This document shows positions 8,712 to 18,405 of a stretch of DNA of 33,698 nt, piece by piece (the stretch's first letter is position 1; each line of letters opens with the position of its first letter). This stretch comes from Polyangiaceae bacterium (GTDB taxonomy: Bacteria; Myxococcota_A; Polyangia; Polyangiales; Polyangiaceae). The DNA lies in assembly GCA_033763455.1 (NCBI GenBank), contig JANRKO010000068.1, positions 1 to 33,698 on the forward strand, in the 5' to 3' direction. A model generated the notes under the pieces. The model did no database searches. It was not told the DNA's origin and saw only the letters and a program-made list of their open reading frames with translations. The position numbers and the translations under genes are program-made.

Positions 8712-10409
8712 ATGCAGGCAGGCCGTTCATGGCCTTGGTTGAAGGTTGCAGGTGCGGTCGCACTGGGCAGTTGCATGTCTACGTGCCGCGCTGGCTATGA
8801 TCTACTGCCGTTAACCGGAAGCCTTATTGGAGGCACGAACTCATTGGCGGGCTTTGGGCCGAGCTTTGGAGGAATCGCTTCGGGGAGCGCTCTTGGTAGC
8901 GGCGGCGGAGCTTCCGGTTCGCTTGGAGGTGCTTTCGGTATGGTTGGCGGTAGCGGCGGATCCGGTGGTGCAGGAGCCGCTGGCGGTAGCACGGGGGGCA
9001 TGCCGGCCGTAGGTGGTGGCGGAGTTTCGGTAGGGGGCAGCTCGGGCCCTGGTGGGAGCAATATGTTCGGAGGTGGGGCTGGCGCCGGGTCCAGTGGGGG
9101 TAGTGCCGGGTCTAGCGGGGCTGGCGCTAGCACCTCGGGAGGTACAGGTGGTGTCCCGGTGGCACCCGCGGGTGCACCGACGATGGCATGGGCCAAAGTA
9201 TTTGGCGGGGTTAACGACGACGAGGTGTTGTCCCTCTCGCTGGATCCTCAGGGCGACGTCGTGATTTGCGGGGCCTTTAACGGTACCTCCAGCTTTGGCG
9301 GCGCCAACTTCATCGCCACCGTATCGGACGGGTTTTTGGCAAAATACGATGCTTCGGGCAACCACTTGTGGTCTCGGCAAGCGATGAGCCCCGTGTTCGA
9401 CTCCGCGGACCGCGTGTCCACATTGGGAAGCTCAGTGGCGTTTAGCTTGAGTGCGCAGAGTGGCCAGATCACGCTCGGGGCACTTCAAGTGAACACGGGC
9501 ACTGGTGGCGGTGCTTTCGGAGTTCTCAATAGCGCCGGCCAGCCCCAGTGGTTGAAATCAGCAGTGCCGAGTACGGGAGCCAACGTGAGCGCGTTTGGGA
9601 GCTCCCAAAATCGCCTCTACTTGTACGGCGCCCACACGGGCAACTTGGATCTCGGGGGGAATATCCTGATGGACGCCACCTTAGGGTCCGGATTCGTCGC
9701 AGTGTTTGATCCGCTGGGTGCGTTTATCGGTGGCAGCAGTATTCCGGGCTACTATTGGAATGCCGTGTTGGATGGCCCCACGAACATCATTGCGGTGGGC
9801 CGCGAATGGGATGTGTCGGGCCACGCTGCCCTTGCGACGTATACTCAGGCCGGTGTGCTCTCGGGTGCTACAAGCTTTACGGGCAACAGTCACCAGGAAT
9901 TCGACGCTGCTGCCATGGATGCGAATGGCAACGTGTACGCGGTGGGCTTTGGTGCGGGCAACATGTTCGAGTTCGGGGGCCCTACGCTGAGCTCGGCCGG
10001 GGGCGAAGACATCATCGTAGCAAGCTATACGAGTGCACTTTCGCATCGATGGTCCAAGTCTTTTGGAGCCAATTCCAATGATCGTGCCAACGCTGTTGCA
10101 ACAGATCTTGCTGGCAACGTTTACGTCGTCGGGCAGCAGTTCGGGGTTGTCAATTTTGGAGCAGGCCCCTGTGGTGCGGCCGGCGTCTCGTCAATGTTCC
10201 TGGTGAGCCTCACGTCGAATGGCACTGTACGTTGGTCACAGTGTTACGTGGGTACAAGTGGTGTGGCGGCGGTCAGTGTTGCCGCGGATTTCAGCATCTA
10301 TTTGGGGATTACGTTAGAGACGACGCTAGATGTGTTGGGGCAAGGCTTTTCGCCGGTGGGTGGAGCCAAGAGCGACGCCATGATCTTGAAGCTGACCCCG
10401 ACGCCTTAA
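8712..10409 (+). CDS. Secreted or lipoprotein with long Gly/Ser linker and SBBP-type beta-propeller repeats
   Basis: It has a hydrophobic N-terminus with Cys, then repeats such as WAKVFGG..DD..LSLDPQGDVVICG, FLAKYDASGNHLWS and VATDLAGNVYVVG. The start may be ATG 8712 or TTG 8700. Confidence 0.8.
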   Translation: MQAGRSWPWLKVAGAVALGSCMSTCRAGYDLLPLTGSLIGGTNSLAGFGPSFGGIASGSALGSGGGASGSLGGAFGMVGGSGGSGGAGAAGGSTGGMPAVGGGGVSVGGSSGPGGSNMFGGGAGAGSSGGSAGSSGAGASTSGGTGGVPVAPAGAPTMAWAKVFGGVNDDEVLSLSLDPQGDVVICGAFNGTSSFGGANFIATVSDGFLAKYDASGNHLWSRQAMSPVFDSADRVSTLGSSVAFSLSAQSGQITLGALQVNTGTGGGAFGVLNSAGQPQWLKSAVPSTGANVSAFGSSQNRLYLYGAHTGNLDLGGNILMDATLGSGFVAVFDPLGAFIGGSSIPGYYWNAVLDGPTNIIAVGREWDVSGHAALATYTQAGVLSGATSFTGNSHQEFDAAAMDANGNVYAVGFGAGNMFEFGGPTLSSAGGEDIIVASYTSALSHRWSKSFGANSNDRANAVATDLAGNVYVVGQQFGVVNFGAGPCGAAGVSSMFLVSLTSNGTVRWSQCYVGTSGVAAVSVAADFSIYLGITLETTLDVLGQGFSPVGGAKSDAMILKLTPTP

Positions 10410-10428
10410 TGGGGAAGGGAACCAACGC

Positions 10429-10456
10429 TTGACCGGAGCGCCACTTCGGCTACGGT
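10429..10456 (+). promoter_or_regulatory. Putative sigma70-type promoter for the Zn-ribbon gene pair
   Basis: TTGACC-N16-TACGGT lies 12 nt before GTG 10469, with no Shine-Dalgarno in between. Confidence 0.45.
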
Positions 10457-10468
10457 CACGGCCCTACG

Positions 10469-11368
10469 GTGGTGCACTACGAGTGTAGAAATTGTGGGGC
10501 TGGCCTCACCGTAGAGTCAAATCAGATTGCGGTCGTGTGCACGTTTTGCCGCGATCCTTCGATCATCGAACGTCCACCCAGATCGGACCGACCTCTTCCA
10601 TCATTTTCCCTGGGGTTCGTGATTCAGGAGGGCCGCGCCCAAGCTGCCGCCAATCGACGCATCGCTCGAGCATGGCTTGCGCCCCAGGCGTTTCGCCGCG
10701 CAAGAGCTGAGACTGTCACGGGTGTGTACGTGCCCACGTATCTTTACTCGGCTCACTGTGAAAGTGATTTTAAGGTCGAGATTGGTGAGCAGTACCAAGA
10801 GAGCGAAACCTACACAACGACGGAGAATGGTCGCAGCGTACAGCGCACGCGGACCGTGACGAGCACCGAGTGGTACCCGTTGCGCGGCCGGTATTCGGCG
10901 TACGTGGAACGGGTGGTTTCGGCTTCATCCGGTATCCCGAATCCTGAGCTCGAAGCCATCGAGCCCTTCGATCTACGGGCGTTGCACCGCTTTCGCGCTG
11001 AAACACTCGCTGGGTTTGCGGCTGAAGAAGCAAGCTTGCCAACTGCCACGTGTTGGGCAAATGCTCGCGAGGAGGCGAGCGCTGAGGTGGGGGAGCGCAT
11101 CTCCAAGTTTTTGCCTGGAGATTCCCAGAGATCTTTGGAGCAACGCGTAGACTTTCGGAACGAAGATCTAACCTTGGCCCTCTTGCCGGTGTGGGTGCTC
11201 GCCGTGCGTTACCACCCAGAGCGCCGGGTGGTGCGCATGCTCATCAACGGGCAAACGGGAGCTCTTTACGTGAGAACGCCGATCTCTAAGTACAAAGTTC
11301 TCACCCTAGCAATGGTTGTCATTGGACTGTGCTTTTTGGCGCTTTGGAAGTCAGGAGTCTTTGAGTGA
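10469..11368 (+). CDS. Zinc-ribbon domain membrane-anchored protein
   Basis: CRNCGA...CTFC at the N-terminus, VYVPTYLY, LPVWV...INGQTG, and one C-terminal TM helix. Confidence 0.8.
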   Translation: MVHYECRNCGAGLTVESNQIAVVCTFCRDPSIIERPPRSDRPLPSFSLGFVIQEGRAQAAANRRIARAWLAPQAFRRARAETVTGVYVPTYLYSAHCESDFKVEIGEQYQESETYTTTENGRSVQRTRTVTSTEWYPLRGRYSAYVERVVSASSGIPNPELEAIEPFDLRALHRFRAETLAGFAAEEASLPTATCWANAREEASAEVGERISKFLPGDSQRSLEQRVDFRNEDLTLALLPVWVLAVRYHPERRVVRMLINGQTGALYVRTPISKYKVLTLAMVVIGLCFLALWKSGVFE

Positions 11369-12345
11369 TCCCGCCCTGCACTCGCTGCGGCAGCGAGCTC
11401 GCTTTGGGCGATCTTCGTTGCCCGATTTGCGCCTTGGTTACGCCGCCGGTATCGGTTAAGGGCATGCCACAGGGCGACACCGCGCGCGTCTTTCGCTGCC
11501 AAGGTTGTGGGGCAGCGGTTACCTACGATATTCAGGCACAGGCTCCGGTCTGCGGATTCTGTCGTGCGGTCGTGGCTCTCGAAACACAGGCGGATCCACT
11601 CGAAGAGGCGGAGTATTTCCCCGCTTTTGGCGTGGATTTGGCCATGGCTCGCGCCGCGCTTGAAGCTTGGTGGCGCGTGCCTCGCTTTTTTTGCCCAGGA
11701 GCTCTCTCAAGCTCGGCCATGGTGGAAGATCTAAGGCCCTTGCGCTGGGTGGCGTGGGTATTTGACGTCGAAGCCACGGTAAGCTGGGCGGCGGATTCCA
11801 ACGCTGGTTCTCGGCGGTCGGATTGGGCTCCACACTCGGGTCAGTTCGAAGAACAGTACCAAGATGTCGTGGTGAGCGCTTCTCGCGGGCTAACCCAGTC
11901 CGAAACGCGACAGCTTACCCCATATTATGCATCCGATCATGTATTTGCTCCGAATCCGGATCTGGCAATGGAGTCAACAGCTCTCGGAAAGCCGGTCGTT
12001 GTCGAACGCTTCAATGTTCAACGTTCGGCTGCCCGTAAGCTAACGAGCTTGTCGCTCCAAGCGCTCGCCGAACAGAGCGCAGCCCGGCGTGTTCCTGGAA
12101 CCCGCATGCGCAATCTTAGAGTGGAGGTTGTACCGCGCCGCTTAGTCACGCGCCGCGTGGCATTCCCGGTGTACGTTGCCGCGTATCGCTATAACGGCAA
12201 GCTTTTTCGGGCGATTGTGCACGGACGAAAGGAGGGCTTCGTTATCGGTAGAACGCCGATCGCCTGGTCCAAAGTGGTGCTTTTAGTTCTCATTGCGTTG
12301 GCTCTCTTGGCCGCGCTCATCGTGTCGGTCAGCGGGGCCGATTAG
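11365..12345 (+). CDS. Double zinc-ribbon membrane-anchored protein, paralogous to the upstream gene
   Basis: GTGA start/stop overlap with the upstream gene. It has CTRCG..CPIC and CQGCG..CGFC, FPVYVAAYRY..VHGR and a C-terminal TM helix. Confidence 0.8.
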   Translation: MIPPCTRCGSELALGDLRCPICALVTPPVSVKGMPQGDTARVFRCQGCGAAVTYDIQAQAPVCGFCRAVVALETQADPLEEAEYFPAFGVDLAMARAALEAWWRVPRFFCPGALSSSAMVEDLRPLRWVAWVFDVEATVSWAADSNAGSRRSDWAPHSGQFEEQYQDVVVSASRGLTQSETRQLTPYYASDHVFAPNPDLAMESTALGKPVVVERFNVQRSAARKLTSLSLQALAEQSAARRVPGTRMRNLRVEVVPRRLVTRRVAFPVYVAAYRYNGKLFRAIVHGRKEGFVIGRTPIAWSKVVLLVLIALALLAALIVSVSGAD

Positions 12346-12377
12346 CTTCTCGCATTTTCATCTCCACATGCGTGAAG

Positions 12378-13013
12378 CTACTCGCCCAGCTGGCAAATCC
12401 CGTTCCGGAGGGCGAACTTGGTAAGGCCGGCGACACTCTTTACGCCCAATTTCTGGGAAATTCGACGGCGATGAGTGTCCACGGTTGTCACGCTCAAGGA
12501 TAGTGCTTGCGCTATCGCGCGGGAGCTCTTGCCCTCTGCCAAGGCTGCCAACACTTGCGCCTCACGCGCGGATAGCGCGGCGTGAGTTGTGGTTTCCACA
12601 CGACTGGCGTAGCTACGAAGCACGAGATCCGTTATCGATTGACTGGCGAACGTCCGCCCTTGGGAAACAACGCGAATGGCAGTGAGGAGCTCCTCAAACG
12701 TCGAATCCTTGGTGACGTACCCAGTGGCGCCTGCCTGGAACATTGCGCCCACGAATGCGCCGTCCCTATCAAGCGAAAAAGCTAGCACGTGAGTGCTAGG
12801 GCATTTCTGCCGAATTAGTGCCGTGGCCTCGATGCCGCTCATACCGGGCAACCCTATATCTGTCACCACCACGCTCGGCTGCAGCTCTTCGACGCACGCA
12901 AGCGCTTCTTCACCACTTCGCACATCGCCAACTACGTCAATGCCTTCGGAGATAAGCAGCGCCTTCATGCCTTGCCTCAGAATTTCGTGACACTCAATAA
13001 GTAAAACCCTCAT
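12378..13013 (-). CDS. NarL/FixJ-family response regulator (REC + LuxR HTH)
   Basis: VVTDIGLPGMSG phosphoacceptor, GATGYVTK, and LSAREAQVL..TVDTHRRRI..KLG. The start may be ATG 13013 or TTG 13019. Confidence 0.93.
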   Translation of the reverse strand: MRVLLIECHEILRQGMKALLISEGIDVVGDVRSGEEALACVEELQPSVVVTDIGLPGMSGIEATALIRQKCPSTHVLAFSLDRDGAFVGAMFQAGATGYVTKDSTFEELLTAIRVVSQGRTFASQSITDLVLRSYASRVETTTHAALSAREAQVLAALAEGKSSRAIAQALSLSVTTVDTHRRRISQKLGVKSVAGLTKFALRNGICQLGE

Positions 13014-13253
13014 ATCCAATCTCCACTCACCGCATTCAATCTATCCGCGGCAATCGTCATGCGCGCCGCTGATCACATCTACCGAGTATTCCTAGATTTC
13101 GGAGCATCACTCGCTTCGTCAATCAGCCCATTTGTGGCACCCCAATCAGGCTAGCCGATGCGGCTAGCCCACTTGAGTCGTATTAATTATTTTTTGTCCG
13201 TGCCGACTACATGCTTGGCAATCGCAGGCATCACTTGAGGGAAGGTTGTAAGC

Positions 13254-15455
13254 ATGAGCGAGACGGAAGAAGTAATTAAGGAGTTCCTTGTTGAAAGCTG
13301 TGAAGGCCTGGATCGGATCGATGCCGATCTCATCGCGCTCGAGGATGACACTGCTCCCGGCCCACGCATTGCGAACATTTTTCGAACCATTCACACCATC
13401 AAGGGAACCTCGGGATTTTTGGCCTTTCCTGGTGTGGAGGCGATTGCTCACGCTGGGGAGAATCTGCTCAGCCGCTTGCGCGACGGCGCCCTGTTGCCGA
13501 ATCCCGAAATCATCGCCGCACTGCTTGCGATGGCTGATGTGCTCCGGGGACTCTTGTCGAACATTGAAACTTCAGGGCACGAAGGAAACGCAGAGCACGA
13601 AGCGTTATTGGCGCTCCTCTCACGACTGGCAAACGGTGAAGCCACAGCTAGCGCTGCTGGTGATCCTGCGGAGAACCTCGCTCAGCCTGCTGAAAGACGT
13701 GCGGATTTTATTGAGCTTTCCGCTGGGGTGCCCGAGGACCCTGAGACCGTCAAAGAACCTCTCGAAGAGGGCCGATCCCCTACCCTCACTGACGCTACCA
13801 TACGTGTGCAGGTGGGATTGCTCGACAAGCTGATGAACCTCGTCGGCGAATTGGTGCTCGCTCGCAACCAGATATTGCAATTCGCGGCTGCAAACGATGA
13901 CGCAACCCTGCTGGGCGCGACGCAGCGCCTCAACCTTCTCACCACCGAGCTGCAGGAAGGGATCATGAAAACGCGAATGCAGCCGATCGGAAGCATCTGG
14001 AACAAGTTCCCACGGGTGGTCCGAGAGCTGGCACGTGCCTGCAAGAAGGAGGTCATTCTTGAAATGGTGGGGAAGGACACTGACCTTGATCGCTCGATCA
14101 TTGAGGCAATTAAAGACCCCCTAACGCACATTGTCCGTAACTCCATCGATCATGGGATTGAGAAGCCCGCGCATCGCGTGGAGGTTGGCAAACGCCGCGA
14201 GGGGACCCTGAGGTTGCACGCCTTTCACGAAGGGGGCAAAGTTAACATCGAAATTAGTGACGATGGCGGTGGGATTGATCCGGTGAGGGTCCGGGCGAAA
14301 GCCATTGAGCGCGGAGTCATCACTGCCGAGCGAGCCGTCCGCATGAGCGACCGCGAGCTCATCAACTTGATCTTCCTTCCTGGGTTCTCAACGGCCGAAG
14401 CGGTATCCAATGTCTCCGGGCGAGGCGTCGGAATGGACGTCGTGCGGACCAACATAGAACGCATTGGCGGCACCGTTGATCTTCAGAGTGTTCCTGGCGC
14501 GGGTGCTACGGTGCGGATCAAGATCCCGCTGACGTTGGCGATAATCCCAGCACTGATCGTGACGGCGGCCGGTGAACGATACGCGATTCCACAAGTGAGC
14601 CTCGTCGAGCTGGTGCGGCTCGACGGCTCCGAAAGTCGTGGTGGAATTGAGACCATTCATGGCACCTCATTGCTCAGATTGCGTGGCAACCTGTTGCCTC
14701 TTGTCTACTTGGGGGAATTGCTGGGTGATGGCCCTCATTCAGGCGACCAGACGGAGATCAATGTCGTCGTTTTACAATCTGACGAACGCCGCTTTGGCCT
14801 CGTAGTGGATGGGATCATCGACACCGAAGAGATCGTCGTGAAGCCCCTTGGGAAAGAACTCAAGCGCGTTACGGCCTTCGCGGGTGCAACTATCATGGGG
14901 GATGGTCGCGTTGCGCTTATTCTGGACGTTCTTGGCATCGCGCAAAGTGCCAACGTTATATCCGAATCGCGCGACCGAGCACTCAAGACGGGTACCCAGA
15001 TAGCACAGGCCACCGAGGATCATGCCGAAGCGCTGCTTCTGTTCCGTACGACCGATGGCAGACGCATGGCTATTCCGCTCGGCATGGTTGCGCGCCTGGA
15101 AGAGATTTCTTCAGAAGCAATAGAGCGCGCAGGGACCGAAGAGGTGGTGCAATATCGTGGCGATATCCTCCCACTCGTGCGCTTATCTTCTGCCCTCGGA
15201 GGAGCCGCTGACCAAGACACCAAGAATGGGGCCTTACAAGTTATCGTCTACTCCCAAGGCGGCCAGCGCATTGGCCTTGTAGTGGGTGAAATTCTCGATA
15301 TCGGGGAGGAAGCTGTGCGAACGCGCGAAGTGCGCCGAGGGGCAGCGCCGGTGGCGATTGTTCAGGGGAGGGTCACAGAGTTCCTGGACGTGGGCACGCT
15401 GCTGGCGTCGCTCAAGCTGAACTCGGTGACAATGAGCACAGGAGAGATCAACTAA
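13254..15455 (+). CDS. cheA: Chemotaxis histidine kinase CheA (HPt, no P2, dimerisation, HATPase, two CheW-like domains)
   Basis: FRTIHTIKG (HPt His), LMNLVGELVLARNQ, HIVRNSIDHGIE, DDGGG, GRGVGMDVV, and a second CheW-like domain at the C-terminus. Confidence 0.97.
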   Translation: MSETEEVIKEFLVESCEGLDRIDADLIALEDDTAPGPRIANIFRTIHTIKGTSGFLAFPGVEAIAHAGENLLSRLRDGALLPNPEIIAALLAMADVLRGLLSNIETSGHEGNAEHEALLALLSRLANGEATASAAGDPAENLAQPAERRADFIELSAGVPEDPETVKEPLEEGRSPTLTDATIRVQVGLLDKLMNLVGELVLARNQILQFAAANDDATLLGATQRLNLLTTELQEGIMKTRMQPIGSIWNKFPRVVRELARACKKEVILEMVGKDTDLDRSIIEAIKDPLTHIVRNSIDHGIEKPAHRVEVGKRREGTLRLHAFHEGGKVNIEISDDGGGIDPVRVRAKAIERGVITAERAVRMSDRELINLIFLPGFSTAEAVSNVSGRGVGMDVVRTNIERIGGTVDLQSVPGAGATVRIKIPLTLAIIPALIVTAAGERYAIPQVSLVELVRLDGSESRGGIETIHGTSLLRLRGNLLPLVYLGELLGDGPHSGDQTEINVVVLQSDERRFGLVVDGIIDTEEIVVKPLGKELKRVTAFAGATIMGDGRVALILDVLGIAQSANVISESRDRALKTGTQIAQATEDHAEALLLFRTTDGRRMAIPLGMVARLEEISSEAIERAGTEEVVQYRGDILPLVRLSSALGGAADQDTKNGALQVIVYSQGGQRIGLVVGEILDIGEEAVRTREVRRGAAPVAIVQGRVTEFLDVGTLLASLKLNSVTMSTGEIN

Positions 15456-15892
15456 TGCCGACGCAGTTTTGCACGTTCTACGTGGGTGATTTGCTCTTTG
15501 GTATCGACGTCAAAATGGTGCAGGAAGTCATGCGCTACCAAGAGATGACGCGTGTGCCGCTCTCGTCTCCCATGATCCGGGGGCTCATCAACCTAAGGGG
15601 ACAGTTGGTGACGGCGGTAGATATGAGACGGCGTCTTGGGTTACCACCGCTCTCTACCGACCGCTTGCCGATGAACGTCATTATTCGGCGTGAGGAAGAT
15701 GCCGTCAGCGTGCTGGTCGACGAAATCGGGGACGTGATTGACGTGGGCGCAGAGGCCTTTGAACGGCCTCCGGAAACACTCATGGGCGCTGCGCGAGAAC
15801 TCATCCGTTCCGTGTGCAAACTAGAGGGCGCGTTGCTACTCGTCCTCGATGCGCAACAGATAACCGCTTTTGACGCCGTGAATGCGGCATGA
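15455..15892 (+). CDS. cheW: Chemotaxis coupling protein CheW
   Basis: [30 protein letters not shown]. It is coupled to cheA by a TAATG overlap. Confidence 0.96.
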   Translation: MPTQFCTFYVGDLLFGIDVKMVQEVMRYQEMTRVPLSSPMIRGLINLRGQLVTAVDMRRRLGLPPLSTDRLPMNVIIRREEDAVSVLVDEIGDVIDVGAEAFERPPETLMGAARELIRSVCKLEGALLLVLDAQQITAFDAVNAA

Positions 15893-15972
15893 GAGTGGCG
15901 AATGTAAGGGGCAGGAAAGCTGAGCAAGTAACCAGGGACAATTTTCAACACAAAGACAAGGAATCAACGAAC

Positions 15973-18015
15973 ATGGCAAGCACAACAGAAATTGGACATA
16001 GCAGTTTGTACGAGCGTTTGGGTGGAGCACCAGCAATCAGAGCAGCCGTGGAGAACTTCTACGAACGTGTGCTGGATGACTCAGAATTGAGCCGATTCTT
16101 CGAGGGTGTGGATGTTTCCCGCCTCAAGGCCCATCAAGCCATGTTTCTCACCGCAACCCTAGGGGGTCCGAAGAAGTACCACGGAGCCGCGATGCGCGAA
16201 GCGCACGAGCATCTTGCAATCGACGATGCGACGTTTGATCGGGTGGCCAGTCACCTCTCTGAAACCCTGCGGGGGCTGGGAATTGAGCCCGGGCTGTTGG
16301 GTGAAGTGATGGCGGCCGTTGCCTCTTTGCGACCGGAGATTGTGTCTCAACGCAAGCGCAGCAATGGCAATGGCAATGGCAATGGTAATGGTCACAAGAA
16401 CGGTGGCAACGGCAATGGCAGTGTTCGCCCGGGGACCTTCGCGTCGCTACAGACCGAGGAGGAGCGCATCGCTCGTGACCGAGCGATCGCCATTACGGAG
16501 AACGTCCCCATCAATGTAATGTGCGCAGATCTTGACCTGCGTATTACGTATGTGAACCCGGCGTCGCTGAGGACGCTGAAGACGATTGAAGCGCACCTGC
16601 CTGTGCCGGCAGATCGTATTCTCGGTTCGAGTATTGACATCTTCCACAAGAATCCCTCGCACCAGCGCAGAATGCTCGCGGATCCGCGCAATCTGCCGCA
16701 CCATGCGGTGATTCAGGTGGGCCCAGAAACGCTGGACCTCTTGGTTTCGGCGCTCCTGGACGCGCAGGGACGCTACGTGGGCCCGATGGTCACCTGGAGC
16801 GTGATCACCGAGCAGCAGCGCCGCGCCAAGGAGCTCGCGCGGGTGATGAGCATTGTGGAAAATGCGCCGATCAACGTGATGTGTACTGATCTTGACCTCA
16901 ATATCACCTATGCGAATCCTGCGTCCAAGAAAACCCTCAAGACGCTTGAACAATTCTTGCCAATTCGAGTCGATCAGTTGGTGGGATCCAACATCGACAT
17001 TTTCCACAAGAATCCTGGCCACCAACGCCGCATGTTGGCAGATCCCAAAAACCTGCCGCACAAGGCACTCATTCAAGTAGGCCCCGAGACGCTCGACCTT
17101 TTGGTGAGCGCCATGACGGACGACAAAGGGACTTACCTTGGACCGATGGTCACCTGGTCCGTTGTCACGGAAAAGCTCCGTTTGGAACAGGAGATTGGAC
17201 GTAACGCGAGCCTCCTAGCTGCTTCTTCCGAGGAGCTGAGCTCGGTTAGCCAGCAGATGAGTTCCAACTCAGAGGAAACGGCGACGCAGGCCAATGTGGT
17301 TTCCGCAGCTTCTGAACAGGTGAATAAGAACATCCAGACGGTAGCCAATGGCGCGGACGAGATGAGTGCTAGCATTCGAGAGATTGCCAAGAACGCCAAC
17401 GATGCGGTGCGCGTAGCCGTAGAGGCGGTGCGCGTCGCGGAGACAACGAATACGACGGTCAAAAAGCTGGGAGAGAGCAGCGTAGAAATTGGCAAAGTGA
17501 TTAAAGTAATCACCTCCATCGCCCAACAAACCAACCTGCTAGCGCTGAATGCCACCATTGAGGCGGCTCGGGCCGGTGAGGCAGGCAAGGGCTTTGCGGT
17601 GGTTGCCAATGAAGTGAAGGAGCTCGCTAAGGAAACAGCTAAAGCTACCGAAGATATTAGTCAGAAGATCGAAGCTATTCAGCGCGATACCCGGGGGGCC
17701 GTGGACGCTATTAGTACGATTAGCACGATCATCAATCAGATCAGTGACACACAGAACACGATTGCGAGCGCAGTGGAGCAGCAGACCGCTACCACGAACG
17801 AGATTGCACGCAACGTAGCTGAGGCCGCTAAAGGCAGCGCTGAGATTTCTGAGAATATCGGTGGAGTCGCCAAGGCCGCAGCGGAAACGACCCAAGGCGC
17901 CAACGATACGCATCGAGCAGCCGCGGAGTTATCGCGCATGGCGGCAGAGCTTCAGACCCTCGTGGGGCAGGGCACTGATAAGACACCTCAAGGCGGGAGG
18001 CCGTCGCGGCGCTAA
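15973..18015 (+). CDS. Soluble methyl-accepting chemotaxis protein: group-I truncated (2/2) hemoglobin, two Aer2-type PAS domains, MCP signalling domain
   Basis: Globin: LYERLGG..FYERV..FF..AHQ..FL..LGGP..MREAH. PAS motifs, twice: [11 protein letters not shown]..MVTW. Hairpin tip: [34 protein letters not shown]. No TM helix is present. ATG 15973 follows AAGGAA; the ORF track starts at 15889. Confidence 0.94.
   Translation: MASTTEIGHSSLYERLGGAPAIRAAVENFYERVLDDSELSRFFEGVDVSRLKAHQAMFLTATLGGPKKYHGAAMREAHEHLAIDDATFDRVASHLSETLRGLGIEPGLLGEVMAAVASLRPEIVSQRKRSNGNGNGNGNGHKNGGNGNGSVRPGTFASLQTEEERIARDRAIAITENVPINVMCADLDLRITYVNPASLRTLKTIEAHLPVPADRILGSSIDIFHKNPSHQRRMLADPRNLPHHAVIQVGPETLDLLVSALLDAQGRYVGPMVTWSVITEQQRRAKELARVMSIVENAPINVMCTDLDLNITYANPASKKTLKTLEQFLPIRVDQLVGSNIDIFHKNPGHQRRMLADPKNLPHKALIQVGPETLDLLVSAMTDDKGTYLGPMVTWSVVTEKLRLEQEIGRNASLLAASSEELSSVSQQMSSNSEETATQANVVSAASEQVNKNIQTVANGADEMSASIREIAKNANDAVRVAVEAVRVAETTNTTVKKLGESSVEIGKVIKVITSIAQQTNLLALNATIEAARAGEAGKGFAVVANEVKELAKETAKATEDISQKIEAIQRDTRGAVDAISTISTIINQISDTQNTIASAVEQQTATTNEIARNVAEAAKGSAEISENIGGVAKAAAETTQGANDTHRAAAELSRMAAELQTLVGQGTDKTPQGGRPSRR
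16363..16419 (+). repeat. In-frame hexamer microsatellite (AATGGY) encoding an Asn-Gly linker
   Basis: AATGGC x3 then AATGGT x2, followed by degenerate copies. It encodes [19 protein letters not shown]. Confidence 0.85.
16498..17169 (+). repeat. Tandem PAS-domain duplication with 360-bp (120-aa) period
   Basis: The ENxPINVMC...[23 protein letters not shown]...[14 protein letters not shown]...[10 protein letters not shown] unit starts at 16498 and again at 16858. Confidence 0.92.
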
Positions 18016-18031
18016 GCTGCACTGATCCAAC

Positions 18032-18403
18032 ATGCGGGCATTAGTTGTTGACGATTCCAAGGCAATGAGAATGATCCTGCGGAACGCTCTGCAAGAAGCT
18101 GGGTTCGAGGTCCTAGAGGCCGAGCATGGCCTCTCCGGACTTGAGCGACTCAAAGAAGTGGGCAGTGTGGATTTGGCCACCGTGGACTGGAACATGCCGG
18201 AGATGAATGGGCTCGAATTCGTGAGTGCGGTGCGAGCGAACAACGCCCACTCCGGCATGATTCTCATGATGATCACCACGGAAACCGAATTTGAGCAGCT
18301 TGAGCAGGCGATGCAGGCGGGAGCCAATGAATACTTGATGAAGCCGTTCACCCGGGACCTCCTGCTTGGCAAGCTGAGTATCCTGGGACTGCGGGCAGGC
18401 TAG
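18032..18403 (+). CDS. cheY: Single-domain response regulator CheY
   Basis: VVDDS, VDWNMPEMNG, MITTE and YLMKPF, located inside the che operon. Confidence 0.93.
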   Translation: MRALVVDDSKAMRMILRNALQEAGFEVLEAEHGLSGLERLKEVGSVDLATVDWNMPEMNGLEFVSAVRANNAHSGMILMMITTETEFEQLEQAMQAGANEYLMKPFTRDLLLGKLSILGLRAG

Positions 18404-18405
18404 CC

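Noticed and set aside
10409..10471. ATG coupled to the upstream stop, in frame with the Zn-ribbon gene but interrupted by TGA (possible readthrough or selenocysteine)
   Set aside because: The intervening peptide has no conserved look or Cys-equivalent context, and no SECIS-like hairpin is evident. A promoter-like sequence explains the region better.
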